Positions 40,009 to 50,994 of a stretch of DNA of 59,455 nt are shown here, piece by piece; position 1 is the stretch's first letter; each line of letters opens with the position of its first letter. This DNA is from Desulfomonilia bacterium (GTDB lineage Bacteria > Desulfobacterota > Desulfomonilia > UBA1062), in assembly GCA_049975365.1 (NCBI GenBank), contig JBNGDS010000005.1, positions 17,541 to 76,995 on the forward strand, given 5' to 3'. The position numbers and the translations under genes were made by a program. The notes beneath the pieces are model-generated. The model saw only the letters and a program-made list of their open reading frames with translations. It was not told where the DNA came from and searched no databases.

Positions 40009-40076
40009 TATTCGAAAAAGAAAAAGCTAAAGAAACCCTGTACGGGTGTATCTACATTCTTTTCTGCCATAGACAT
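40008..40076 (-). CDS. putative Phe-rich leader peptide (22 aa; 20 aa from the second ATG)
   Basis: MSMAEKNVDTPVQGFFSFFFFE*. The SD-like AAGGGA lies 8 nt before the second ATG. The codons are TTC TTT AGC TTT TTC TTT TTC GAA TAG. Confidence 0.55.
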   Translation of the reverse strand: MSMAEKNVDTPVQGFFSFFFFE

Positions 40077-40251
40077 GATCCCTTAAAGAATTCAGTACGA
40101 GAAGTCAAGTGAAATCTAGACCACAGATATTCTCCTGGTACTGGTGCACGGGCTGAGAACTGAGGGCTCCTCGTGGAGCAGACGCATCCATATGGTCTTT
40201 ATGTAGAATCAAATGTGATTCCGCACATGTTTGCCGTGGCCTCTTGATCTG

Positions 40252-41184
40252 TCAGATGACGGACGGGACAGACCGGTAGTGAGCCTCCCGCTTGTGAGAA
40301 GACAGAGCGAGGAACGAGTTGATCACCTGAAGCATAGTCTCCCTCTCCGTTCCCAGACGCCCTGCCACCTGCAGGTAATTGTTGGCGTGATCGCAGGTAA
40401 AGTATGTCCTGTCCGCTCTCAGGAGCGAGAGGAGATCTCTCAGTTCGATGACGGTTCCCTCTGGAGTCTGCTCGGTGAATTCCCCTGCGTGGACCTTTTC
40501 CATGAGGCGGGAGGCAGGGTGAATCCAGAGTCTCCTGACTCGAACAAAGTGCGGGGCCACCAGATTGATGACCTGTGCAGAGCCTTCCACATGGTCCTTC
40601 CACATCTCCTGTCCACCGAGGCCTAAAAGGAAGTAGTAGCTCAGTTCGAGACCGGATTCCATGGTCTTCTGCCCCGCTTCAATGAGTTGTGTTGAGCGTG
40701 TTCCTTTCTTGTGGAACCGCAGGACCATGTCGGAACCGCTCTCCATCCCGACGTGAACCCTGTCAAGCCCGGAGGAGTGAATATCTATGAGTTCCTGAGG
40801 AGATTTCTTCCACAGGCTGGACGCCCTACCATAGGAGGTCACCCGTTTGAGGGAGGGAAATGTTTTTCGCAGATGGGTCAGAACCGTGACCAAAAACTCT
40901 GTGGAGAGATCGAATGGATTTGCATCACCCAGAAACGCAGTGGTGAACACATCGCCGTACATGTCCCTGAATGCATCGATATCCGCGATCACATCGCCGA
41001 GTGCACGCTCGGAATGCTGGACCCCGAAGAGGTCGTAGATGCCGCAGAAGAGGCAGCGGTTCCAGTTGCACCCCCGTACGGTGCGAATCAGAAGACTGCC
41101 TGCCTCACTCGGTGGACGAATGACCAGCTGTTCAGGAATATGCATTGTCTTGTTATAGGGTGCAGACATTTTTTGGTCAAGCAA
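40252..41184 (-). CDS. radical SAM-like protein with Cx4Cx2C motif, paralogue A
   Basis: RPPSEAGSLLIRTVRGCNWNRCLFC. Elp3/TIM-barrel-like remainder (GMESGSD, LLGLGG). Start uncertain: TTG 41184, ATG 41169 or ATG 41145. Confidence 0.7.
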   Translation of the reverse strand: MLDQKMSAPYNKTMHIPEQLVIRPPSEAGSLLIRTVRGCNWNRCLFCGIYDLFGVQHSERALGDVIADIDAFRDMYGDVFTTAFLGDANPFDLSTEFLVTVLTHLRKTFPSLKRVTSYGRASSLWKKSPQELIDIHSSGLDRVHVGMESGSDMVLRFHKKGTRSTQLIEAGQKTMESGLELSYYFLLGLGGQEMWKDHVEGSAQVINLVAPHFVRVRRLWIHPASRLMEKVHAGEFTEQTPEGTVIELRDLLSLLRADRTYFTCDHANNYLQVAGRLGTERETMLQVINSFLALSSHKREAHYRSVPSVI

Positions 41185-41334
41185 TGATCCGGGAGCGGAT
41201 CAATTGAGCAGATACGTGCCTTGGAAAAGGCCTGGTCAGTGGCATCGAAGTGAAAATAAGAGGAGACACACCTGCATGAAGCTGAAGTTCCCTGAAAAGG
41301 CCGGTACGATCATTTTGTTCACATATGATGGAAG

Positions 41335-41745
41335 ATGGTGTACAGGAAATACGTGAAGATCTGCTACGAGCCCATCGGCATTCTGCACACAGGACTCACG
41401 GGGCTCGCCGATGCCCCAAAGTTCTACACGGAGTCACACTACTCCGGGGTTATCGAGGTCTATCCAGCATTCGAGCAGGGCCTTACAGGTCTTGGTTCCC
41501 GTGATCAGATCGTCGTGCTCTTCCACTTTCACCTCTCACAGGGCTATGAACTCCTGCAGCGACGCAGGGGAGCGGGAGAGATCACGGGGGTATTCAATCT
41601 CTGTTCCCCGATGCGCCCCAATCCCATCGGCATGTCCATTCTGAAGCTTGTTTCCATTCAGGGATGCAAGGTATTCGTTGAAGGAGTGGACATGGTGGAT
41701 GGAACCCCGATCCTGGATATCAAACCGTACACCCCGTTCCAATGA
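41335..41745 (+). CDS. TsaA/YaeB (TrmO-like) SAM-binding domain protein
   Basis: PIGILHT..., RPNPIGMSILKL, DMVDGTPILDIKPY motifs of the UPF0066/TsaA-like family. Short, core domain only. Confidence 0.75.
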   Translation: MVYRKYVKICYEPIGILHTGLTGLADAPKFYTESHYSGVIEVYPAFEQGLTGLGSRDQIVVLFHFHLSQGYELLQRRRGAGEITGVFNLCSPMRPNPIGMSILKLVSIQGCKVFVEGVDMVDGTPILDIKPYTPFQ

Positions 41746-41843
41746 GCTCTTTCCACGCCGTGCCATGGTGCAGTGCTCGAATATGGATTGAATTTTTCAG
41801 CCTGATGTGGTTTTAAGCTTGTGATGATTCCTGGCAGCTGGGG

Positions 41844-43496
41844 GTGTACTTGATCTATACGATGCTACTCGCTACGCTCGGCGGCCTGGGGCTGTTCCTC
41901 TTCGGCATGCATATCATGTCCGATTCTCTCCAAAAGATTGCGGGCCTCAGGTTGCGGAGAATCCTAGAAAAACTCACGACGAACCGTATTGTTGCAGTGC
42001 TTGCGGGGGCGGCCATTACATCCATTATTCAGAGCTCCTCTGCCACGACGGTCATGTCCGTAGGTCTCGTCAACGCCGGGCTGATGACCTTGAAGCAGGC
42101 AATCGGTGTCGTGATCGGTGCGAACATCGGCACGACGATCACGGCACAGATCATTGCCTTCAAGCTCACCGATATTGCACTGCCCCTCATCGGAGTGGGC
42201 ATGTTCATGAAACTCCTGAGCAAGCGGGAAAAGGTGAAATACTGGGGGGATTTCTTCCTCGGTTTCGGGCTGCTTTTCTATGGCCTGCTGGTCATGAAGG
42301 AGGGTGTACAACCGCTCCAGGCAGCTCCCTGGGTGAGTGATTTCTTTATCCATTTTTCCAAGAATCCTCTGTGGGGAGTTCTCGTGGGCACGCTTATCAC
42401 GATGCTTTTCCAGAGCAGTTCTGCCACCGTGGGGCTCGTAATCGCCCTTGCCTCCAGCGGAGTCCTCGAGTTTACGGGAGCAGCCGCTCTCGTGCTGGGG
42501 GATAACATCGGGACAACGATCACGGCCCAGCTCTCCTCCATCGGCACCAATGTTCCCGCAAAGCGGGTGGCCAGGTCGCACCTGCTCTTCAACCTCTTCG
42601 GCGTCTGCATCATTCTGCTCATATTCCCGGCCTATGTCCGGTTTGTTGATTTCATCACGCCGGGTGATCCCATGCAGGTGATCAACGGCAATCTTCCCTA
42701 CAGCGCTCGTCATATTGCGAACTTTCACACCCTGTTCAATGTCACGAACAGTTTCATCTTTATTCCGCTCATGGGCGTGCTCGCCAGGCTGTCGACATAT
42801 CTTGCCCCCGGAGAGATCATCTCGAGGGTCTTCCGCCTGGAATCGCTCGACGAACGGATATTCGAAACCCCATCCATCGCCCTCGACGAGGCTCGACAGG
42901 AAATCGAGTATATGGGAAAAGAAGTTTTTTCCATGCTGGAAATTACGGAAAAGCCCCTGATCGAGAACACCGGAACAGACAAGATCCTCTCAGAAGTCAT
43001 GGAAAAGGAGGACCTGGTAGATGCCCTCCAGAAGGAGATCAATACCTACCTCACCGAGCTTTCGAGACAGTACATCACCGAAGACCAGTCCAAAGAAATC
43101 TTTTCCATGATGCACATGGTCAGCAATCTCGAGAGGATCGCTGATCACTGCGAGAGCATTGCCAAGCTCTGCAAGAAGAGAAACGAATTCGGGATCGTGT
43201 TCTCTGAAGACGGGAACAAGGACATGTACCAGATCTACCACCATACCCTTGAGTACCTCAGGACTATCATGAAGGCCCTCAAGAAATCCCCAGAAAACCT
43301 CATGGATCTTGTCAGGAGCTTCGAGCCCAAGCTCAATACCATGCGGTGGGAGATGCGGGTGAACCACATGGAGCGCCTCAAAACTTCGGTGTGCAATGCA
43401 GACGCCGGTCTGGTATATGTCGATATGCTCACCAGCTTTGAAAAGATAGGAGATCACGCATACAACATCGCGGAATCCCTGTCGGGGATAAAGTAA
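41844..43496 (+). CDS. Na/Pi cotransporter family protein with C-terminal PhoU-like repeats
   Basis: GLGLFLFGM, duplicated QSSSATT motifs, C-terminal ERIADH/EKIGDH PhoU-type repeats. Start at GTG 41844 or ATG 41862. Confidence 0.85.
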   Translation: MYLIYTMLLATLGGLGLFLFGMHIMSDSLQKIAGLRLRRILEKLTTNRIVAVLAGAAITSIIQSSSATTVMSVGLVNAGLMTLKQAIGVVIGANIGTTITAQIIAFKLTDIALPLIGVGMFMKLLSKREKVKYWGDFFLGFGLLFYGLLVMKEGVQPLQAAPWVSDFFIHFSKNPLWGVLVGTLITMLFQSSSATVGLVIALASSGVLEFTGAAALVLGDNIGTTITAQLSSIGTNVPAKRVARSHLLFNLFGVCIILLIFPAYVRFVDFITPGDPMQVINGNLPYSARHIANFHTLFNVTNSFIFIPLMGVLARLSTYLAPGEIISRVFRLESLDERIFETPSIALDEARQEIEYMGKEVFSMLEITEKPLIENTGTDKILSEVMEKEDLVDALQKEINTYLTELSRQYITEDQSKEIFSMMHMVSNLERIADHCESIAKLCKKRNEFGIVFSEDGNKDMYQIYHHTLEYLRTIMKALKKSPENLMDLVRSFEPKLNTMRWEMRVNHMERLKTSVCNADAGLVYVDMLTSFEKIGDHAYNIAESLSGIK

Positions 43497-43506
43497 GGAG
43501 AATCCT

Positions 43507-44385
43507 ATGCAGTACGACATGCCATTGTTCAGGCCCCCTTCGGAAGCGCGGTCACTCATCTTCCAGGTCACACTGGGCTGTTCCTGGAACAAGTGCCTGT
43601 TCTGTGCCATGTACAAGACGAAACAGTACGTTGTCAGGCCATGGGAGGAAGTCGAGAAGGATATTATCGAGATGTCATGGCTCTATCCCGGCACCAGGAA
43701 GGTCTTCCTCGCCGACGGAGATCCACTGAATGCCCCTACAGACTTTCTCATCAAGGTGCTCGACCTCCTGAACGAACGGTTTCCCTCCCTTGAGCGGGTG
43801 AGCACCTATGCCGGGCCCACGAACCTCAAGGAAAAGAGCCTTGAAGAACTCAAGGAGTTGAGAAAACGGAAACTTGACGTTGTTTACCTCGGAATCGAGA
43901 CCGGAAACGACGCCCTGCTCAAGAAGATCAAAAAAGGAGCGACGTCCTCGCACATCATCGAGGGATCAAGAAAAGCCATTGATGCGGGCCTTCGCATGTC
44001 CACGTTCATCATTCTGGGTCTGGGGGGTGTTGACGGGAGCTATGAGCACGCGAAGGATTCTGCCCGGGTGGCGAACGCCATAGATCCTCACTTCCTGGCA
44101 ACGCTCACCCTCATGCTCGGTCCCTACGAGGATATCTATGAGAAAAAGATCATGGGCGGTGGCTTCAAGCTTATCGACATGAGGCAGAGCCTTCAGGAAC
44201 TGAGGTGGTTTGTTGAAGACCTCGAACTGACTGGCTGCAAATTCGGATCAGAGCATGCATCGAACTACCTGCCGATCAGCGGGTATCTTCCTGGCGACAA
44301 GGAAGAGATCCTCAGGCTCATAGATCAGGCCCTTGCCCAACAGGATTCGGATCTGCTGAGGCCCGAGTGGGCACGGGGACTCTGA
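43507..44385 (+). CDS. radical SAM-like protein with Cx4Cx2C motif, paralogue B
   Basis: RPPSEARSLIFQVTLGCSWNKCLFC. Collinear similarity to paralogue A (FPSL.RV, G.E.G.D, LGLGG, H..NYL). Confidence 0.7.
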   Translation: MQYDMPLFRPPSEARSLIFQVTLGCSWNKCLFCAMYKTKQYVVRPWEEVEKDIIEMSWLYPGTRKVFLADGDPLNAPTDFLIKVLDLLNERFPSLERVSTYAGPTNLKEKSLEELKELRKRKLDVVYLGIETGNDALLKKIKKGATSSHIIEGSRKAIDAGLRMSTFIILGLGGVDGSYEHAKDSARVANAIDPHFLATLTLMLGPYEDIYEKKIMGGGFKLIDMRQSLQELRWFVEDLELTGCKFGSEHASNYLPISGYLPGDKEEILRLIDQALAQQDSDLLRPEWARGL

Positions 44386-44435
44386 CGACGGATGTTCGAA
44401 TGACTGAGCTGATAGGACCCTTCGGGAGGTGAGCT

Positions 44436-45704
44436 GTGGAGATTAAGGCGATACGCGGGATGAACGACATTCTTCCCGAAGATATACCCAAGTGGCATCA
44501 GGTGGAGGAGATCACACGAACGATCTTTTCCCGCTACGGGTTTTCCGAGGTGAGGCCCCCGATTCTGGAGAGGACCGATCTCTTTTTCAGGGGAATCGGG
44601 GACGAGACCGACGTCGTCGAAAAACAGATGTACACCTTCACGGACAAATCCGGGACATCGATCACCCTCCGTCCCGAGGCCACAGCGAGTGTTCTCCGGG
44701 CAGTCATTGAACACGGGCTGCTGAATAAAGACCCCATTCAGAAGCTCTATACAATCGGCCCCATGTTCCGCTATGAGCGGCCACAGAAGGGCAGGTACCG
44801 ACAGTTCCACCAGATCAATGCCGAACGCCTGGGAGAAGATAGCCCCCTCGCCGATGCAGAGACACTTGCACTGGCGTATGATCTCGCTGCATCACTCCTC
44901 GGCAGAGATTCCCTTCTCATGGAGGTGAACTCCTTGGGGTGTAAAGGCTGCAGGCCTGCATTCAAGAGTGCTCTGATTACATTTCTCGTTTCGCAGCAGG
45001 ACCGGCTCTGCGAGGATTGCAGGCGGAGAATGAACAGCAATCCGTTACGGGTGCTGGATTGCAAGGTGATCTCCTGCAAGGATGCCGTGAAGGATGCGCC
45101 GGTGATGGAAGCGTTTCTCTGCACTGACTGCAGGACACATCACGATGCTGTCCTGGCTTCTCTGGATGCATTTGGGGTCAGCTATACGAAAAATGTCAGG
45201 CTCGTTCGGGGCCTTGATTACTACACCAGGACAACCTTCGAAATCAGTGCATCGGGCCTGGGGTCGCAGAATGCGGTCGCCGGCGGCGGCAGATATGATG
45301 ATCTGCTGGCCATCCTGGGAGGACCGGAGGTGGGAGGCATCGGGTTTGCCTTCGGCATTGAGCGTCTTCTCCTGCTCATGGAGAGACAGACGGAGAAGGT
45401 GAACGGCTGTTTTGTCGTGATTCAGGCCATCCCAGAGATACAGAGTAAGGCCCTCTCGCTCATCGCTGAGCTGAGAGCAGGCGGCATCAGGGCAGAAGCC
45501 GCGTTCGGCAGGAGCTTCAAGGCCCAGATGCGCAGGGCGGACAAGGCGAACTACCCGCTGTGCATCATTCTCGGTGAGAATGAGGTTGCCACACACACCC
45601 TCACCATAAAAGACATGGATACAGCCACGCAGCGCACGATCGATCGCAGGAATGCCATTGGGGAGATACACGCACTGCTTTCTGGAAAGGATGATGAAGC
45701 GTGA
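44436..45704 (+). CDS. hisS: histidine--tRNA ligase
   Basis: [36 protein letters not shown] motifs. GTG start after GGGAGG. Confidence 0.95.
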   Translation: MEIKAIRGMNDILPEDIPKWHQVEEITRTIFSRYGFSEVRPPILERTDLFFRGIGDETDVVEKQMYTFTDKSGTSITLRPEATASVLRAVIEHGLLNKDPIQKLYTIGPMFRYERPQKGRYRQFHQINAERLGEDSPLADAETLALAYDLAASLLGRDSLLMEVNSLGCKGCRPAFKSALITFLVSQQDRLCEDCRRRMNSNPLRVLDCKVISCKDAVKDAPVMEAFLCTDCRTHHDAVLASLDAFGVSYTKNVRLVRGLDYYTRTTFEISASGLGSQNAVAGGGRYDDLLAILGGPEVGGIGFAFGIERLLLLMERQTEKVNGCFVVIQAIPEIQSKALSLIAELRAGGIRAEAAFGRSFKAQMRRADKANYPLCIILGENEVATHTLTIKDMDTATQRTIDRRNAIGEIHALLSGKDDEA

Positions 45705-47485
45705 ATACACATCAGATACCGAAACGGACACACTACTGCGGTGAAGTCCACCACGCTGCCCCGGGCTCCCGTGTAGGGCTCCTGGGATGGGTGCAGAGGA
45801 GGAGGGACCTTGGAGGACTCATCTTCATCGATATCCGCGACCGAACAGGAATTGCCCAGGTCGTGTTCAACCCTGAAACCCAGCCTGAGGCTCATGCCAA
45901 GGGACATATCCTGAAGCCGGAATTCTGTATCGCCATAGAGGGTGAACTCCAGAAGAGACCGGAAGAGATGAGAAATCCCAGCATGGTCACCGGTGACGTG
46001 GAGATCATTGCCGATGGAGTCCGGGTACTCAACGAATCTCAGACCCCGCCCTTCGTGGTGGAGGATGGTGTTGAGGTGAGCGACACCCTCAGGCTCAAGT
46101 ACAGGTACCTCGATCTCCGCAGGCCGAGTCTCCAGAGGAATATTCTCCTCAGACACTCAGCTGCCTCGAGCATTCGGAGATACCTGGATTCGAAGGGCTT
46201 CATCGACGTGGAAACACCGATGCTGACGAAAAGCACTCCTGAAGGAGCACGGGATTACCTCGTTCCCAGCAGGATCTATCCCGGCAGGTGCTATGCCCTT
46301 CCCCAGTCCCCCCAGCTCTTCAAACAGCTCCTTATGGTCTCAGGCTTTGACCGGTACTACCAGATCGTGAAGTGTTTCCGTGATGAAGATCTTAGGGCAG
46401 ATCGTCAGCCTGAGTTCACCCAGATCGATATTGAGATGTCCTTCATCACGATGGACGATATCCTCGATGTCACAGAAGAGATGATCGCGACGCTGTTCAG
46501 GGAAACCATCGGGGCTGAGCTTGAAAGACCATTTCCAAGGCTCACCTATGAGCAGGCCATGGATAAGTATGGTACGGACAGGCCTGATACCCGCTTTTCC
46601 ATGGTGCTCAGGGATGTCACTGACATCCTTGCCTCCAGCAGCTTTCGGGTGTTTACGTCTGTCGCCTCGGCAGGAGGCGTAATCAAGGCCCTGACCGTCA
46701 AGGCGCCCCATGCCTTGAGCAGAAAAGACCTGGATTCCCTGCAGGACATTGTTGGGGATTTTGGGGCAAAAGGCGTGCTCTGGGCCCGTCTGGATGATGA
46801 TGGATGGAAGTCCACCTTGACAAAGTTTCTGGGTCCCGAACAGTTCTCAGCCCTCCAGGATCGTCTCCAGATGCAGCCGGGAGATGTTGCCCTCTTTGTT
46901 GCAGACGCTGTCGCTATAGTCAACCAGAGCCTTTCGGCACTCCGTATCCACCTCGGTCAGAGACTGAACCTGATACCTCCCGACACCTACAGCGCACTCT
47001 GGATCACCTCGTTCCCTCTCCTGGAGTTCAGCGAAGAGGCTGGGAGACTTGTCGCAGTGCACCATCCCTTCACCGCACCACTCTATGAAGATATTCCCCT
47101 TCTCCAGAAAGACCCGGCCAGGGTCAAGTCACAGGCCTATGACATGGTCATCAATGGGTACGAAGTGGGGGGCGGCAGTATCCGTATCCACTCGCGGCAT
47201 ATCCAGCAGGAGGTCTTCACGGCAATTGGGCTCACTGAAGAAGAGGCGAGTGTCAAGTTCGGGTTCCTCCTGGAGGCCCTTCAATACGGCGCACCCCCCC
47301 ATGGTGGAATCGCCTTTGGGTTCGATCGGCTGGTAATGCTTTTGGCAGGAACAACGAGCATCAGGGATGTGATTGCATTCCCAAAGACGCAGAAGGCATA
47401 CTGCATCATGACGGATGCGCCGTCTGATATGGATCCGGCGCAGCTTGCAGACCTCGGCCTAACCGTGCTAAAGGATAAGGCATGA
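45701..47485 (+). CDS. aspS: aspartate--tRNA ligase (bacterial type)
   Basis: [49 protein letters not shown] motifs. 4-nt overlap with hisS. Confidence 0.95.
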   Translation: MNTHQIPKRTHYCGEVHHAAPGSRVGLLGWVQRRRDLGGLIFIDIRDRTGIAQVVFNPETQPEAHAKGHILKPEFCIAIEGELQKRPEEMRNPSMVTGDVEIIADGVRVLNESQTPPFVVEDGVEVSDTLRLKYRYLDLRRPSLQRNILLRHSAASSIRRYLDSKGFIDVETPMLTKSTPEGARDYLVPSRIYPGRCYALPQSPQLFKQLLMVSGFDRYYQIVKCFRDEDLRADRQPEFTQIDIEMSFITMDDILDVTEEMIATLFRETIGAELERPFPRLTYEQAMDKYGTDRPDTRFSMVLRDVTDILASSSFRVFTSVASAGGVIKALTVKAPHALSRKDLDSLQDIVGDFGAKGVLWARLDDDGWKSTLTKFLGPEQFSALQDRLQMQPGDVALFVADAVAIVNQSLSALRIHLGQRLNLIPPDTYSALWITSFPLLEFSEEAGRLVAVHHPFTAPLYEDIPLLQKDPARVKSQAYDMVINGYEVGGGSIRIHSRHIQQEVFTAIGLTEEEASVKFGFLLEALQYGAPPHGGIAFGFDRLVMLLAGTTSIRDVIAFPKTQKAYCIMTDAPSDMDPAQLADLGLTVLKDKA

Positions 47486-48213
47486 TGAGGATACTGATCC
47501 TTATCCTCGCGGCGGTGTTACTGTCAGGGTGTGCACCGACAGAGTCGGTCACAGTTCATACCGCCCCCGTCCCGGAGCAGCCACCGAAGATTGAGGAGCC
47601 TGCCACCGGAGATATCCCTCAGGGCATTCAATCCCATGAAGAGGGTAAGGCAATCATGAATACGGCATCTGTCCAGCTCAGGAAGATCGTGGACATCTCT
47701 GGATTCGAGTATGCGAAGAAGGAGTCCTTCGATCTCCTGGTCACCTACCTCGAGATGCAGAGATACTACATGGATGACGACATCGATTCACTGAGAGCCC
47801 TCATGGAGCGATTCCAGAAGAATATCCAACTCGCCCAGGAAAAGACCGTTTCAGAGAAGCAGAAGCGGCTCGAGGAACTCGGTATCGAGATTGCCCAGAA
47901 ACAGGAGGAGATCAAGAAACAGGGTGATGCACAGATCTTTGAGGTCTACACCACCATCTATGTCGTCAAAAAGGGAGACACCTTGCCCAGTATCGCAGCA
48001 CGGCATGATATCTACAACGATTCGTTCATGTGGCCGCTGATTTATAAGGCGAATAGGGACCAGATCAAGGACCCGAAGATCATCTACGTTGGGCAGGACT
48101 TGAAGATCCCCAGAGAGATAACCATTGAGGAGATCATCGAGGCAAGAAGGGAGGCGGGCGCACCGGAGCCGGAGAAGATCCCCAAGGATGCCTACACACC
48201 GAAGAAGAAATAG
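47482..48213 (+). CDS. LysM-domain lipoprotein
   Basis: Lipobox LLSGC after the signal peptide. C-terminal LysM ([16 protein letters not shown]...VGQDLKIP). Confidence 0.8.
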   Translation: MMRILILILAAVLLSGCAPTESVTVHTAPVPEQPPKIEEPATGDIPQGIQSHEEGKAIMNTASVQLRKIVDISGFEYAKKESFDLLVTYLEMQRYYMDDDIDSLRALMERFQKNIQLAQEKTVSEKQKRLEELGIEIAQKQEEIKKQGDAQIFEVYTTIYVVKKGDTLPSIAARHDIYNDSFMWPLIYKANRDQIKDPKIIYVGQDLKIPREITIEEIIEARREAGAPEPEKIPKDAYTPKKK

Positions 48214-48290
48214 CCCCAGTTCATCGGGAGATGTGAAAACGCGGCTCCGCGTGGAGAGTGTCAGTGTGCATGAACCATGAGGAGAGAAGA

Positions 48291-49517
48291 ATGGCTGAAA
48301 TGACAGGGAGAAAGATCCAGTTTTCAGACAATCGGCTTGTTGTCCCGAATGACCCGATTATCCCGTTCATCGAGGGAGACGGTGTAGGCCCCGATATCTG
48401 GAAGACCGCTCAAAGGGTTCTTGATGCTGCTGTGGAGAAGGCCTTTGGGGGGAACAACCGGATCGTCTGGAAAGAAATCTATGCCGGACAGAAGGCCTTC
48501 GACCTGTTCAATACCTGGTTGCCGGATGAGACCGTGGAAGCATTCAGGACCTACATTGTCGGGATCAAGGGACCGCTCACCACTCCGGTTGGAGGGGGGA
48601 TCAGGAGCCTGAACGTGGCACTGAGGCAGATCCTCGACCTGTTCGCCTGCGTACGGCCGGTGCAGTACTTCACAGGGACCCCAGCGCCGGTGAGAAAACC
48701 GGAGCTCGTGGACATCACTGTGTTCCGGGAAAATACCGAAGATGTCTATGCCGGGATCGAATGGAAGGAGGGGAGCCCTGATGTCGGGAAGGTCATTTCT
48801 TTCCTGAACGCTGAGATGGGAACACACATCAGGGAGGATTCCGGCATCGGGATCAAGCCCATTTCGATCTCAGGGACCAAGCGCCTGGTACGCATGGCGT
48901 TCGAGTATGCCCTGGCCCACGGCAAGAAGACCGTGACGCTGGTCCACAAGGGAAATATCATGAAGTTTACCGAGGGGGCCTTCAGGGACTGGGGCTACGA
49001 GCTCGTGAAAGAGGAATTCGGAGACGTCGCCACCACTGAAGATGAGGTGTGGAAGACCTGGGGGGGACACCTCCCGGAAGGGAAGATCCTGGTGAACGAC
49101 AGGATCGCCGACTCCATGTTCCAGCAGGTGCTCCTGAGGCCGGACGAGTACGATGTGCTCGCAGTGCCGAATCTCATCGGCGATTTCATATCCGATGCCC
49201 TGGCAGCGCAGGTTGGCGGACTCGGTATGGCGCCGGGTGCGAATATCGGGATTCCCACGGCTGTATTCGAGGCCACCCACGGTACTGCTCCCAAGTATGC
49301 GGGACAGGACAAGGTAAACCCGGGGTCCCTGATCCTCTCCGGAGCAATGATGCTCGATTACCTCGGCTGGACCGACGCTGCCGATCTCATCAGAAACGGT
49401 CTCGAAAAGGCCATTTCTGACAAACAGGTCACCTATGACCTGGAGCGTCAGATGGAGGGCGCAACACTGCTGAAGTGCTCCGAGTTCGGCCGGGCCATCA
49501 TCGACCGCATGGAATAA
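48291..49517 (+). CDS. icd: isocitrate dehydrogenase (NADP-dependent, homodimeric type)
   Basis: [21 protein letters not shown] and NLIGDFISD motifs. The ATG at 48291 follows GAGGAGAG. Confidence 0.9.
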   Translation: MAEMTGRKIQFSDNRLVVPNDPIIPFIEGDGVGPDIWKTAQRVLDAAVEKAFGGNNRIVWKEIYAGQKAFDLFNTWLPDETVEAFRTYIVGIKGPLTTPVGGGIRSLNVALRQILDLFACVRPVQYFTGTPAPVRKPELVDITVFRENTEDVYAGIEWKEGSPDVGKVISFLNAEMGTHIREDSGIGIKPISISGTKRLVRMAFEYALAHGKKTVTLVHKGNIMKFTEGAFRDWGYELVKEEFGDVATTEDEVWKTWGGHLPEGKILVNDRIADSMFQQVLLRPDEYDVLAVPNLIGDFISDALAAQVGGLGMAPGANIGIPTAVFEATHGTAPKYAGQDKVNPGSLILSGAMMLDYLGWTDAADLIRNGLEKAISDKQVTYDLERQMEGATLLKCSEFGRAIIDRME

Positions 49518-49700
49518 GAACAGATTCTCACTGATGTGTGACGGCGGGCGGGTACATGCAAAGGATGTCCGGGGCCTCATTCCACGGGACATAGTGAAAA
49601 ATCACGAACGCGCGGGAGACATGGGTGATCAGTACCCTGGACACGGATACAGCTTTACAGTGATGGGACAAAGACACTTCAAGTGGATGTGGTGGGCGGT

Positions 49701-49943
49701 CTATGCCTTCTTCTTGGCCAGGAGGTACCCGAATGCAAGCCCGATGAGGAAGAAGAAGCTGATCACGATCCACTTGGGACCGGTAAAGAGCGTCCAGATG
49801 AGGAACTGGAATGAGGTCTGCTCGAAGTTCTGAAGGATGAAGATAAATCCGAGAGCAACCGCGACACCGATGATGATGAGCTTGGTTGTACCATCGAGAT
49901 CCTTGAACACAATCTTCCCTCTCCATGCGGAACTGTCAGCCAC
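49701..49943 (-). CDS. small two-TM membrane protein (LapA/DUF1049-like)
   Basis: 80 aa, two hydrophobic helices and a basic C-terminus (LLAKKKA). Confidence 0.55.
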   Translation of the reverse strand: MADSSAWRGKIVFKDLDGTTKLIIIGVAVALGFIFILQNFEQTSFQFLIWTLFTGPKWIVISFFFLIGLAFGYLLAKKKA

Positions 49944-50400
49944 GAATATTGCATGCCCTGCGCAGGTGTGTCAACAGCTGAGTGGACGTCTGGGGCATGG
50001 GGATGGTTTTTCTTCCCAGAAGAATTGAATTTAATGTATGTCTTCGTCTCCAGGGCGTGGAAACGTGAACGCCTCGTTGGTTGCCCCTCATGGAGTGAAT
50101 GCGATAATTTGGAGGACAGGGAGGGGAGATGAACAATACGGTCTGGAGCATGAGAACCACGAAGGATGCCAGGTTCCCCGACCGAGTGTGCACCTTCCAG
50201 TCAGGAAGAAGTATACTCCACCTCCTTCTCCCATGCCACCTTCACGGTAAAAAATGAAGTTCGGGTTCACACAACTTGTTTTTTCTGGATGACGCCATCA
50301 TCCCGCTGTGCTGAAGGAAAATCAAGGGAACTTCCCTATCATGGAGTAGACTTTTTGATTTGAAGATGGCATGAGTTGTTATTGACGCGAAGGAGGGTAT

Positions 50401-50994
50401 ATGGGTGATTGCTTTCGAAAGCGGGTATATGATCTGGGCAGTTTCTTTCGTGATGTTGGTTCATTGGGGAAGGATAGTATCGCGTTGATAGTCGCTTTTT
50501 ATTCCGGTAGGGTCAACAAGGCCTTTCGTGAAAAATTGAGTATGGCTGTAACTGGTGTCCTTGGTTGCCGGTATTGCTCATGGCTGCACTCAGAGATGGC
50601 ACTTTCACATGGTGTCAAATCTGAAGAACTCCAGAAGATCCTTTCAAATGAACTTGGTGATTTCCCGCAGGAACAAGCGGTTGCTCTCGCCTTTGCTCAG
50701 CATTACAGTGAAACAGGTGGAAAACCTCAAATACAGACAGAACAACGGTTTTATGAATTCTATGGCCCTGAAATTTCTAGGGACATACTGCTCAACATAA
50801 AGATTATTTATTTTGGCAATCTGTCAGGAAACACCATCGATGCCTTTTTCAGTCGAGTGAAAGGTGCGCCACACGAAGAAAGCAGCCTATGGAGCGAATT
50901 GGTCATCCTTTTTCTGCTCGGACCGTATTTCTTTATCGTACTTCCACTGCTTGCCTTTGCTTTTCATTACAGAACTCAACTGAAAAGAAGCTGA
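50401..50994 (+). CDS. carboxymuconolactone decarboxylase/AhpD-like protein with a C-terminal membrane anchor
   Basis: CRYCSWLH (CxxCxxxH) motif and a hydrophobic C-terminal ~30 aa. SD GAAGGAGGG upstream. Markedly lower GC and A/T-ending codons compared with neighbouring genes. Confidence 0.7.
   Translation: MGDCFRKRVYDLGSFFRDVGSLGKDSIALIVAFYSGRVNKAFREKLSMAVTGVLGCRYCSWLHSEMALSHGVKSEELQKILSNELGDFPQEQAVALAFAQHYSETGGKPQIQTEQRFYEFYGPEISRDILLNIKIIYFGNLSGNTIDAFFSRVKGAPHEESSLWSELVILFLLGPYFFIVLPLLAFAFHYRTQLKRS

Noticed and set aside
41278-41358. 26-codon sORF (MKLKFPEKAGTIILFTYDGRWCTGNT) with an AGGAG SD, overlapping the TsaA-like start
   Set aside because: It could instead signal a mis-set TsaA start or a chance ORF. 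It has no distinctive features.
50129-50254. 41-codon sORF with a strong SD (GGAGGGGAG-ATG), MNNTVWSMRTTKDARF...
   Set aside because: The composition is unremarkable, and reading through its TGA gives no recognisable continuation. There is no supporting context.
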